This document shows, piece by piece, positions 51,381 through 64,000 of a stretch of DNA of 64,000 nt (positions are counted from its first letter, which is position 1; the number at the start of each line of letters is the position of its first letter). The stretch is taken from the NCBI GenBank assembly GCA_965287045.1, contig OZ336889.1, positions 44,082,001 to 44,146,000 of the forward strand, written 5' to 3'. Origin of the DNA: Carcharhinus amblyrhynchos (Eukaryota). The notes under the pieces are model-generated. The model ran no database searches, was not told the DNA's origin, and saw only the letters and a program-made list of their open reading frames with translations. Made by a program: the position numbers and the translations under genes.

Positions 51381-52013
51381 TTATTTTTCCAGGCTGGTTT
51401 GAGGGACACATCTTGCAATCCACAGACTTCCCCTAAATTTCGCCCATACAACCAGAGAAAAAGGCTACACTGCAGAAAGAGGCCATTCAGCTCATTGCGC
51501 CTGCAGCAGCTAAAAAAGAAACTTGCCGCTCGTTTATATTTTCCAGCACCTGATCTGTGGCCCTGCAAGTTCCAACACTTCAGATCCAGGCACCTTTAAA
51601 ATGAGTTGAGTATTTCAGTCTCAAACACCAAAATAGGCAGTGAATTCTAGTTACCCGTGACCTTTTATTTGAAAAGCATTTTTCTCATGTCCCCTCTAAG
51701 CTTTCTACTAACCAAAGTAAATCTATGCTTCTGGCAATTGATTGGGGAATGAAATCTTTCCTGTTTATCTGTAAAGGTCCCACATAATTTCGTCCATCTC
51801 AGTTCGACCCCATTATCCTCCTCTGTTCTATTGAAAACAACACACCGATCCAATCCTTCCTCATAGCTGCAATTTTCGTTGCCTGGCAGCATTATTTTAA
51901 ACTTTCTCTGCATTCTCTCCGGAGCAATTGTGCTCTTCCTGTAATGTGGTGGCCAGAACGTTGCAAACAGCGTCAGCTGGACTGAATCAGCATTTTATAC
52001 AGATCCATCATTT

Positions 52014-52554
52014 CATCCCTGCTTTTGATTTCAATGCCTTTCAAATGAAGGGAAGCTTTCCATATGCTTTCTTCATCACCTTGTCCACCTCTGCTGCCAC
52101 GTTTAAGAACCTATGGACATGTGCTCCAAGATCTCATTCCTCAAGCCCTCTTAATATCGTCCCGCTATCTGAACATTCCCTTGCTTTGTTTGCCCTCTCC
52201 AAACGCATTAACTCACAATTTTCCGGATTGAATTCCATTTGGCATTTCTCTGCCCATTCAACCGAATCATTAATATACTTCTGGAGTCAGCAGCTGTCCT
52301 CTTCACTAACAATTGGAGATAAAAATCAAATGGAATTCAATCCGGAAAAGTGTGAGTTAATGCGTTTGGAGAGGGCAAACAAAGCAAGGGAATATTCAGA
52401 TAGCGGGACTATATTAAGAGGGGTTGAGGAATGAGATCTTGGAGCACATGTCCATAGGTTCTTAAACGTGGCAGCAGAGGTGGACAAGGTGATCAAGAAA
52501 ACACGTGGAGTGCTTCCCTTCATTTGCAAGGCATTGAAATCAAAAGCAGGGATG
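52014..52554. repeat. Inverted repeat of CR1-derived sequence, 228-bp arms and 85-bp spacer
   Basis: 52014-52241 is the near-perfect reverse complement of 52327-52554. Confidence 0.92.
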
Positions 52555-54308
52555 TAATTATAAAAGGTAAAACATTAACGACAGGTTATATTATAATCCC
52601 GTCAACACGTCTACTGATTAATTACACATTCTTCAACTGACTCAGAATGAGGCCTACTATTCGTCCTTGATAGTTTCCAATAACGGTTCCGTTGCTAAAT
52701 GAATTCTAGATTAGGACAACATGGCTTCTGACCATGTTGGTTTACTATGCTAAATAACAAATGGAGTCAAACTACAAAATAGTCTCGCTATGCTTCAATT
52801 CTTGATGTTAAAACAACCAACATACAGGCATGGTACTCACACTGGTGGCAGGAACTATGCAGATATTCGCCACTCACAGTTGCTGTATCATAGGATATTT
52901 CTAAGCCCTCACGAGGAATTCCTGCAATAACAGGGGATGTCAATCTGCCAAGCAGAAGTAAGTTAGGGACAGTTCGGCCTTCTCGATTAGCGATTAAAAC
53001 ATATCCTGGCCCTGCAGCATCCTGTGAATGAACAAATCAAAAGCGGGGATTATTTACCAGGGTGCAAGTCTAAATCAGGTTGGCATACGATATCAGCAGA
53101 TTTAATTGTTTCCTCTTCAGCCTTCCTAAAGTAACGCCAATTGCTTCAATCCACTGCTGTTACTACACACCGACAACACATCGGCGTTTTTGCACCTGTA
53201 TCAAGGTTTCCCTTATCATACCTCGGTGTATACTTCAGCACCAAGTATCTACATCGGTAGCAATTGCAATTCTTTGTAATTTTGCTGGCGGGCGTACTCA
53301 CACTTCGTTGCCACGGTAATTCAGTTTTCCTGGGGTGACATTTGGGTTGTAGTGGGGGCTGGGGGCAGGGTGTGGTGCGGGGCAATGGTGGATGGGTTCA
53401 ATGTGAAATTATGTTCTTTCCCTGTTTCTACGTGTTCTATCCTGATCTGTCTGCAAAATCTACAACACTTGTCATAATTCTTATATGTATGGTAAGAAAA
53501 ACAGTGATGAGACACCCACTGATACTATTGGAAAATCATTTGACTTGAGTCCGGCGCTGCTTTTTCCTTCTGGGCCTGTCCTTCAGTTTGAGTTGACATA
53601 CGTAATTTTAACAGCCTGCAGTATTTTCCGTATACTTCTACACGATGCACTATTTGTACTGGTTTCAAGCTAATGCTTTCTCCAAATCTTCTGCAGTTCG
53701 GCGCAGTCGTCAAATTCAGAAAATAAAACTCGCAATATACTTCTTTAATGATCTTGGTATCACGTAAGTTACTCTAATTCATGTGCCCTGTTTTATTTCA
53801 TAAATAGTTCCGAGGAATAGCGATATTATAGCAAATATTCATTGATCAGTGTTAACCCTCCGATTAGTGCATTGAGATAGTATATTATGCATTCTTAAGT
53901 GTTATATCAATTGAGCAATTATCACTTAATTAACCCCTCATCAGATGGATCGTTGTCTTGAATGTACTTTCAAAGCGGCAGCAAATACTTTGTTCCGCAT
54001 CTATCAGCTCTTATCACCGTCACCTAATACTACACCAGTAGATGGCAACATTGCAGCTCATGTAGCTGGTACGTCATGGAACGTGGTATACATTTTTAGA
54101 AGTAAAGTATGGGAAATACCATGGTTAAATATAACATTGATTATAAAGAAATTAGAGCAACTCAAACAATTTGTATCAATATTGGATATAGTTCTTCACA
54201 TAACCGTTTGATACATCAATAATTGTTTTTAATTGACATTCTCTATGACTTACTTTTGGTCTCTATCCTAAATATACATTCTTCGAAAGTGATTGGAGGC
54301 TGCAGTTA

Positions 54309-54483
54309 CAAAGAACAAAGAACAACACAGCACGGGAAACAGGCCCTTTGGCCCAACGAGCCCGCGCCGCCGTCCCATTGTCTCAGTGACCTATTCATGA
54401 TTTTAGTCTACGCCTAATGTGCGAGGATCAGGGAGGTCCAATATAGGGACAATTTGTTACCCAATCAATCAGCCTAAAAGCAC
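54309..54483 (-). mobile_element. Short 3' copy of the 33993-35366 element
   Basis: Only about 2 mismatches to ~33999-34173. Confidence 0.85.
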
Positions 54484-55002
54484 CTTTTGAATTATTTCAT
54501 TCAGCATTTTATTGTTGAAACATCTAATATTGAACAAACTGCAAACATTTCGGCAGGGGAGGTATGTTAATTTATTTGTTGCATTAACATGGAAGGAAGT
54601 TCTGGGGCAGATATACCTTCAGTTAGCTGTTGTAGGAGATTGCTCGATTCTGGGAATAGTACCGAATCCACCCGCGCTCTCAGTTTGTAATGCTAAATAG
54701 TTAATGAATGTGAGCATAATGGTGCATTTGGATGTACAATTTGCTCTAGACCAATCAATTCTTCTTGTTGGGCGATCTTTAAATGTCATAAACTATTTCA
54801 CCAGCGCGTTTCATATCGTAAACTCAGTTTTCAGTGAAATGTAGTTTTCTCATGGAAAAATAAATACGATTTCTTGATTATTAATTCGCAGCATTATTCG
54901 GAGATATATGGGTTCCAGACAACCTATGATGATTACGCAATCAATTGATATTTCTGAAAGAGCTTTTGACTGACATCTCCTGCCTATTTCATATCTTCCT
55001 GA

Positions 55003-55337
55003 CAGAAACATAGAATGCGTAGAGTACAGAAGGGCCACTCCGTCCATCGAGTCCGCACTGACTCTCTGACAAAATGTCTTAACAAGTCCTTTCCCCGTAA
55101 ATCCACGCATTTACCATGGCCAATCGAACTAAATCCCACTTTTTGGACACTAGGGAGCAATTTTGCACGGCCAGTTCAGCTGACCTGCACATCTTTGGAC
55201 TGTGGGAGGAAACTGGAGCACGGGGCGGAAATCCACACACGGACGATGAGAACGTGCAAACTCCACACACGCCGGAATTGAACCCAGGTTGCTGGAGCTG
55301 TGAGGCAACGGTACCTACGACTGTGCAACGTGCACCG
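55003..55337 (-). mobile_element. V-SINE (HE1-like)
   Basis: Reverse head, core and tail. Confidence 0.78.
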
Positions 55338-58300
55338 GGAGAACTAATCTAACCCATGGTCTACCACGCTGAATATAATCCCAGAATGCATAGATACTTA
55401 TAGTGACATCAATTGTAAAATGAATTTCGTGTTATTTTGAACACTATCCTACTTTGGGACTTGAAACGAACTTACGGCAAATGCGCATTTTCAACGTTTT
55501 CACCAGGAAATATATTGTATTTAGCGGACCGTTTTTATGAACGCGATTCCTCTGAAGACTGTTTCCAGTGCAGGTACTGCAGGATTAGGTTGTTCGACCT
55601 GCTGGCTCTGATGACTCATTAAATTGAACAAATTGGATGGTTGATTATAATAACAAAGCCGGGCGGAATTTGGAAATTATGAATAAAATTCAGTAAATTT
55701 TTGAAATATTCAGCTGATGGGGCAGAGCCTGCGATGAGAGGAAGAGAATTAACGTTTCAGATGAATGACCTTCGCTCTGATCTGCAGTTTGGTCTCCATT
55801 TAATAGAAGTTGCATCATGTAAGACACTACCGAGCATCAAATTTTGGATTAGCAAATCCAAAATCTGGCAGCAATTTTATGAGAAGGTTTGAACTGGGCC
55901 CTGAGAGTTATGTTGGAATTACATTTCATTCAATTGTCGGTAAAATTCAGAAAGGCAATGTTGTGAATGCAGTGTACGGTCACTTAAAGAAAATGATAAC
56001 AGTTGGAGAAGAGCCAGCGTGACTTAAAAGCAATGTTTGTCTTAGTAACCCAACGAAAGCAGGCTTGTGGTATATTATTATATTCATTTCCAAAAAAACA
56101 GCCGCCAGTAATCAAATATACAGAAGGTTCATGAGTAAGGTCGCGGGCTTTGTGATAAATAGGCAGTTTTAAATGTGAACACCACGTTGCTTGCATTCTG
56201 CTAGGAACAGAATAACGTTTCAAGGTAGTAACCTTTCATGTCACATATTCGTCAATGATTTGAGCTCATGCATTAAAGACGCAAACCTTGAGAAATGTGA
56301 TGGCATAAATACACTTAAAGTTGTTAGGAAAGTAAATGAAACATATCAACTGATTTAAATCGTTTGGTAGGTTAGCTTGCGATGTCGCCGATTTTCTTTA
56401 AGTGCATTTATGTAGTGTCAGACAATCGGGTCTAGTTAGAACCAACCGTATCGTGTAGCAGTATTAACTAAATGTGGTGGAAGAAGAGAGAAACTAGGGG
56501 TACCCCTAGTGAATAAAATAGTGACCTTTTAGAACCACTGCCCTGACAGCATATTAACGTCCATTGCCAAGAGAGTGCATCATGAAGCTAAAGGCACAAT
56601 ACTTAGCTTGTATCCCTGGTATCACAGTATTTAGGGTGATATGTTCGACCTCTTGGACTGACAGGAGAACTAGTCTCTATGGGTTCCGCGTTCTCATGCA
56701 GACGTGGGCTGAAAAGATTCCCAGTGATTAAAGCAGAATGCTGCGCCTGCTGCAAATTTGAGATGAAGTAATAAAAGGCTGGAAAGACAAAGCAACTCAC
56801 ACATTATCCGGGGAGGCAGAACCATAGAAACCCTTTCCCATTGCTGAACTGGGAAAAACAATAAAGGCAGACAACGAAATAATAAGGCATTAGCTGCCTT
56901 CAGAGTAAGGGGGTGCAGTAAAGTCTAAATTATACACCGCTTGGATGTGAGCTCACGGGTTGTGAGTAATGAGATTGGCTAACTGCAGGTACAGGCATAC
57001 ACCAGAGAATATGATGTTTTGACGAGAACGAGAATCTGCTACAAAAAATGTCAGGACTGGCAGCTAAATATTCCGGTCATTCAGGCATTCAAAGGAGCTA
57101 GGGAAGAAAAGAAAGGATGAGCTGTAGAAATATTGGTTAAGGAAAATCTTACAGCGCTGGCAATAGGAGATATCTCAACCCGGCGAAGGCCATAATCTAT
57201 TTTCTAACTGCCATTATTTCCCAGAATGAGATTGTGGCATAAAGATATTGATCCAGAAATGTCTCCTGATACAATTTACAAAATGCTTCCCCATGCCAAT
57301 TACTTATGACGACCTGAGCCCAAAGTGGAACTATAAAACAACCATTCTATGATCTATTTGCAATTTTGTCTCCCCAATATTTCCTGGCAGTTAGAAAATC
57401 GAGTGCCGGGTTCAGTCACAGAATGCTGTAGCAGAGGGGCTCCAGAGCATGGCCTAATCGCAGACTGCCAGGGCTGAGGGATCATACATCAAAGCGCAGG
57501 CACATCTAGGCCTCCGGGACTGGCAGAGCCAGGTGATGCCGGAGCTTCTGGAGCTCAGTGCAGCTACCCTGGTGTCCCATGGAGTGTCCCCAGGCCTCTC
57601 TCGGCACTCCAAGGGAGGAGGAAGGGCTTGAGAGCCCATGTCAGGGCCTTCCACCCTGGAGATCTCGGGTGTCCCAAGACCTTCCAACTCCCCCTTCCTC
57701 ACATCGGGGCATCTCAGGGTCAGCAAGATGAACAGGGTGCAGTGCAGCAGTGCCATCCACAAGGCAGTTGGGGCCCTCCAGGCCCCAGCCACCCAGGGAA
57801 CATCCGCCAAAGGCATTACAGGCATCACGTGGCCACCTCCAACTCTGGTGTATGCCCTGGGGTAGCACTGAGAAGAAGCAGTAGACAGCACAAAGTTAGA
57901 AAGTTGTAGTTCATTAGAGGGCACAGGGGAAGGCAGAACAAAGAACAACCCAGCACGGGAAACAGGCCCTTCGGCCCAACGAGCCCGCGCCGCCGCATCC
58001 TCCTACACCTCCCCTGCCCTGAGTGTATGACCCTGCCCTGCATTGGTCAGGGTTTGGTAATCACGTTTGTTAAGAGCACAATAAACTGTTAATTGCACAT
58101 CACTCAGTGACTAATGTGTTTCTGATTCTCTGCACCCCGCCCCCCGCCATCCACCTCCCCGCCCACCCTCTCGCACTCCCACAGCTCAGTGTTTCAGACT
58201 CCCAACCACAGAGGCGCTACCTGTTGAGCCTTGCAGACTCAGCCACATGTTTCAGAGTGCCTGCCCTACCTTCTCCAACATCCACCGGACCCTCGGTGTA

Positions 58301-58689
58301 AGTGTTCTTTCCCCTCTTGGCCAAAAGACATATGTCCCCAACCTTTACAGCTACATGGGCCAGGGTGGCAGCATGCATTAGCGGTATGGTAGGAGTCAGA
58401 CTTGAGTTGCAGGGGCCCAATGTGCACAACAGCGAGTCATCATTATCCTCCAGCCTTCAACCAAGACTCGCAACCATTGCAAGTCCAGGCACATTAATAG
58501 GGGCATATGTTTCTGGGGAACATGGTGGTGGGATGATAGAAACAGGGGAAGGGTGATATGGTGGTTTGAGGGCCAAGGTCGGTTTGGAGGGGGAATATTG
58601 GCTGCACTTCTCCTGGAGTGTGACGGATGTGTGTTGGTTGCACCCCTCTCACTACACAGCACCAGCTAGGTGAAGCGGGCTGCAACTAA

Positions 58690-59640
58690 AGCATCTCTCG
58701 CTGCCCTTCCCTAACAGACACATGCCATCGCTGCCTTCCCTCCTTCCTCCTGCTCTTCATATGGCAGAATATCCACTTCACCCCCTCACTGCTGCTCCCC
58801 TCCTCCTCCTCTGCCTGCTCCAGCTGGTTCCCCCCCCGCTGGGTGATGTTGTGAAGAACACAGCAAATGATAATGATGAGTGAAGCATCCACAGGCTCAT
58901 ACTGGAGACCCCCCCCCCCCACCTCCTCCAAAGAGCAGTCGAAGCAGCGCAACCGTATCTTCAGCAGACCAAAGCACCACTCAGTGATGGATTCGGTGGC
59001 TGCATGGACCTCATTGTAGTGGGTCTCCACCTTGGCCTTGCGCTTCTGCAGAGGCGACAACAGCCAAGGCCTTAGGGGTAACCCTTGTCATCCAGTAGCC
59101 ATCCCGGGAGCCTGAGATAGTCTTCAAAGAGTCCAGGGATGTCCGACTGCCCGATCACATAACTGTCATGGACACTCCCTGGGTAGCATGCATCGACCTG
59201 CATGATCTTCATTTGATGGTCGCAGACAACTTGGGCTTTCGGGGAATGGAACCCCATCTTGTTCAAAAAATTGCTGTGACCCTGCATGGGGGGACGACAA
59301 GGCGATATGCCTACCAACCATTGCACCATGCGGATTTGGAATCCCAGCGATGGATGCAAAGCCGCGAGCCCAGGCTCATATTGAAATTAATGAACTGCCC
59401 TGTCCGGGCATACAGGGCTTTTGTGACCTGCCACTCACATCTGTGCATGGAGACCTCGGAGATCACAGCTAGGTCACCACTAGGAGCCTGGAATGATTTG
59501 GAGGCATAGAAATTGATGGCAGCCTTAATCTTCACGTTCACGGGGAGCGGGTGGCCGCCCCTGCCCTCAGGTGCGAGAGCATCTGACAAGTGTATCAGAC
59601 CGTGGTCTTGGACAGGCACAGCCGGTGACAGCACATCTGC
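58690..59640 (-). pseudogene. Decayed PIF/Harbinger transposase (HARBI1-like DDE nuclease)
   Basis: Frameshifted motifs NFYASKSFQ...GDL; GFHS...QVVCDH...YPGSVHDS...GWLLDDKGYP; YNEVH...EWCFGLLKIRLRC...CCVLHNI. Confidence 0.88.
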
Positions 59641-61819
59641 TCAGAGTGTGCCTCGAAGGAACTGCGGCTCCGTACATCCTTTCCCTCGGCACCCCAGTCT
59701 TCTGTGCACCGTTTTGGGGACCCAGGTTCCCAAAGCATTCCTCTGGGCTTATCAGCTTGTTAGATCGGCAATAACAGTATGCCGTCGCCTCCCAAGAGCC
59801 AGATCGGACCGGTGATCATCCTTACCTGGTCTGGCCTACACGTGACTGCATATGGTGCGAACTGCAAACAGGAAGCAGCGTATCGGATTGGGAGGGCAGT
59901 TCTCTGGAATACCAAGCCTATTAGGTTGCCAAGTGGCTGAATTTAATAATGGGAAGAAAAGTAGAATTTCAGGTTATAAATATATGCACCAATCTTTCTG
60001 GAATTAAAATAAGTTCTACAAAGGGGTTACGCTTTTAAGAGTGGCTACGTAAAGAGGTGAAGCCACCCCTGACAAAGAACTACAGACTACAGTATCATGG
60101 AGAAATTTAAAATAAAACACGACAGTCAACAAGAAAAGTTACTGGCATAGGCTATCTCAACCTTCGAACTCTGAGGGTAACTACTTAATCAAGTTTCCTA
60201 AAAGTTTGAATATTTACTTAAATGTAAGAAATGTTCGTTCTGCGTTTGTCCACCGGTCATACCAGCTTATTTGCCAGCTCAGGAAATCTTCACTCAAGTC
60301 TGGCACAGTGGAGTCCAGGTTAATAAGTGAGGGTTTAAGTTAGCTCTCATCTGCCAATATTGGGTCATATTCGTTGCTAAGGGCCGAGATTATTTACTCA
60401 GCTGCATCACAGTCTTTGTCTACTGTTTAACGACTCACGTTGCCCCCTATTTGACCATAAGGCCACAATGCCTTCCCGCGCACTCCGGACCAGACACCTA
60501 CATTATACTGAACAAGGAGTGTGTCAGGCAGCCCGCCCCATCTTCGGCCGTTTAAAGCCTTTTAAGATGTTAATTGATGGCCACGGAAGAAACTCATTCC
60601 GCCTTCTGTATTTCACGTGCCTCAGAGGAAAGCGAAGTTAAGGTGGGTAGCCCGATGGCTTTCACTGCGAAGGCTACTGTGAGGTCCCTTCTTCAGGGGA
60701 TGCATCTTGATGTTGGGACTTCTAACCTATTTACTTGTGTGTCAGGCAACCCTGTTATCCAAAAAAACCTGCATCATACCCTCACTTTGTAATTCTAATG
60801 CGTCTGTGGTAGAGTGCGACCTTCTGTTCGACTTTTCCTTTTCAACTATTCCATCATTTTGAGTGGCTTTTGCATGCAGCCACCTAAATCCCTTTGTTCA
60901 TCCATCGATTCTAGAATGAAGTAAATATCTGAGTTGTCATCCTCAAGACTAAAATGGACGGTTTGATACTTGCCCATATAAACCTCCATCTTTCCATATC
61001 AGATGGACCTTGAGTCTCATTCAGGAGAGACTACTCCTCCCTAATCCTGCCCGCGCAGCGAAATCTATCAGGCTGGCGTTCTGGAAATGGCCTCTTCCGC
61101 CGCAAGTTAAATCCAGGAAACAAAACGGGTAAAAAAAAAGGCCTTTATCTCAAAACGACTGTGATGTACATGGATAGTTGTCGCATTCTTTGCCCAAAAT
61201 CATTGTTTCCTGATGCGTCATCCTCGGTTGTGCGGCCATTGCCTTCCACTCTCAATGATGGGGTGGAAGGGCAGGCATCCAGTCAAAGCTGAAATGAAGC
61301 TCACAGTACTGACCATTTAGCCAACTGTTTTGACTGTCCCCTGGTAGCCATTATGAAGTTATATTGATATCTGGTTTGACCACATGTAGAATCACCTGTT
61401 CTTTTCTGGGCAGCGCATCTTAGGAAATACATGTCCAAATTAGGCGGGACAGAGAAACTTATCCATAATGATACCATGTCTAAAATGTTACAAGAACTGG
61501 CTGCATAGACGTGTATTCCGTGAGCATAGAATCTAATGAATGTGGTTTCTATGACTGAATTAGTTCAGGAGAAGTGGGCTTTTACGTTACAATTACATAT
61601 TTGCCACCCAGGGGTTCTCAGTACACTTCGTGGTACAAAGCGAAATGAGGATCCAGAATAGACTTCACCCAAAACTTGATTAAAATAGGTCGGTTTATTT
61701 ATCTTTTAAGGAGGTTAGTGAATTTTTCTGAGGCAGGATTAGTAAAGTTAAGGGAACAAGGCCATTAACATTCAGAGCAGCCAATGAGCTAATTGACGAG
61801 GAACAAAACCTTCTACTAT

Positions 61820-63085
61820 CACAAGAACGTGCGAAAAGGGCAGCAAAGTAGGCAATCTGGCTCTCGAGCCTGCTCCATCATTCAACAAGATCATGGCTGA
61901 TTTGATTGTTGCCTAAAATTTACTTTCCTCCCTGCCTCCCTTAACTATTGACACCCTTGTCGTTCAAAAACCCTTCTATCTCTGCCTTGACTGCATTCAG
62001 TGATCCAGACTCCTATTTCCCATGGAATCCTAAAGGATGACCATGACCTAAGACAATAAATTCTCCCTCATCCGTACCTTAAATGGGAGACACCTGAATT
62101 TGAGTTAATGCCAATAGTTCTAAGCTCTCCAACTACGAGAAACATGCTCCCAGTATTTAACCTATTAACGTTCATCAGAAACCTAGATTTTTTAAAATAA
62201 GATCACCTTTCACTCTTCTAAAGAACATTGATGACAGGCCTAATTTGCTTAACCTTCCGTCCTGAGGCAATGACATCATCCCCAAGATCAACTGCTGGCC
62301 GTCCCTGAACTTTCACTAATGCACCACTATAACTCCTCAAGCAAAGAGACCAAACGGCGAAATAGTCTAATTACGGTCTCATCAATATCATCAGCAATAC
62401 CAAATCTTTCTTATTTTTACAGTTCACCATTCCATTAAATTCTAATACTTTATTTTCCTTCCTAATTACTTGCTGTACCTGCACGCTAACCTTTTGTGTT
62501 TCATGAAGGAGGACACCCAAATCTCTGTTCTGTAGAGTTCGGCAGTCTCTCTCCATCTAAATAATGCCCAGTTTTTCTATTGCTTCCACCAAATTGGGAA
62601 ACACACATTTCCACACATTATACTCCATTGGTAAATTTTACCCACCCGCTTATCTCATCTATACCCCCTTTCAGACACGTTTTTAACCTGCTCGAAAGTT
62701 GCTTTCTTGATTACCTTTATGCGATCAGCAAATTTGTTATATACACATGGACTTTTCATCCGCGCTTGATATAGATTGTAAAAAGTTGACACTCCATAAC
62801 GTACGGCCCTCCACTAATTAGTTTGTTAATTGAGGAATGGCTCGTTTGCCAGACTCTATATTAGATGTTAGTTGGCATATCGTCTATCTCTGTTCATTTA
62901 GTGCACCCAGCGCTAACATGTTCAGCAATAAATTTGTACATGGCACCTTATTGAATGCTTTTGGAAATCAAAATAGTCTACATCTACTGGGTTTCCTTTT
63001 TGCCTGTAAAGCCTTCAAAGAACTGTAATGAATTTGTCAGCCACGATCTACTACTTATGAAACTACGTTGACTCTTTTTGATTAT
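61820..63085 (-). mobile_element. Decayed CR1 LINE
   Basis: Reverse tail at ~61820 and RT-like peptides (RDLGVLLHETQKVSVQVQQVIRK). Confidence 0.7.
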
Positions 63086-64000
63086 ATGTTGCTTTCAAAG
63101 CCTCTTCCCAGTATTCACTAAAAGAAATGTTAGCATTATCCTAGAGGCATATGGTAGGCTTGCTGGCCTACATTTTCCCAGCTCCTCCTGCCCTATGTTC
63201 CTCTGACGGGTGTGCTGCAAGTGCTGCAAACGGGGAATCGGCAGAGTTTTGAATGTGCTCAAGAAAACGAGGCTGCATGAATGGGAGAAGAGGGAAAGAC
63301 TCTGAGAAGAGCACTGGACTTTGTTTCCCTGCCTCTCCGTTAAGTTTATCAATTGAGGAAACTTTATGTATTCAACGATAACATTTATGTTCCGTTCTTA
63401 ACGTTAATTGACATACGGTTAACAAAGGTTTTACGCTTTCAACAGTGACATTCTGAAGAGGTGGAGCCAGACTCTGCAAGATTTTGCAGACTGCAGTTTA
63501 GCCGACAAATTCACAATAAAACAGCGCAGAGAAACATATTTGCCTCAACCCTCAGTCTCTGCGATTGTTTACTTAACCCATTTTCTTTTAACTGGCGTGA
63601 ATCCGCTTTTAGATGTGACGCATGCTCTTTCTGCGTTTGCCCTGTCCTGCTACACTGTTTGCAAGCTCACGGGTCCTGGCTCATGTATCCCAGAATGTAA
63701 TCAGTGTTCGTATGCATGAGCGACAGTCTTTACCGAAGTCTATAGCAGAGGACGTCTGACTGCGTATCAGCCCCGTGAGATTTGCTTCGTCTGCCAATAT
63801 TTTGTCACAATCGATATGACCAGTTGATTCAGCTATGTCACAGCCTCTGGCCAATAGCTAATGCCTCACGTTGGCTCCTGGTAATCAGCTTCCCCTGCCT
63901 GCTCAACGCATTTAAAGTTACTAGCATTCTTCGGCACTGTCTCAGTTGTGGTATTGCTCCCTACCCTGTAACACTTAGACTTTGCCGCCCCTCTCTCCTT

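Noticed and set aside
58690-59640. Domesticated host gene HARBI1
   Set aside because: Multiple frameshifts and altered motifs indicate a dead transposon copy.
63170-63350. Possible exon after ttttcccag
   Set aside because: Stops in all frames within a short distance, no recognisable peptide and no clear donor.

Overview
Eukaryotic, repeat-rich genomic DNA from a cartilaginous fish, most likely a shark; this is inferred from the Ig sequences and HE1/V-SINE-type repeats. The window holds three intact immunoglobulin light-chain mini-clusters of the lambda-like (type II) class. Each has a leader exon, a V-J exon already fused in frame in the genomic DNA with no RSS, and a C exon. Clusters 1 (2850-6820, +) and 2 (24152-28132, +) lie in a tandem segmental duplication with an offset of about 21.3 kb. 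Cluster 3 (44903-42122, -) is more divergent and convergent with them. The clusters show different fixed CDR3s (9, 5 and 11 aa), CDR-focused divergence and patchwork identity, including a 95-nt perfect tract shared by the C exons of clusters 2 and 3. The rest is mostly retroelement debris (CR1, RTE, Tx1, Penelope-like, Gypsy, tRNA-derived SINEs) plus a decayed Harbinger transposase. One young CR1 insertion appears to carry a V-SINE core in its 3' UTR. Exon boundaries were read by hand, repeat boundaries are approximate, and identity values are manual counts or estimates.
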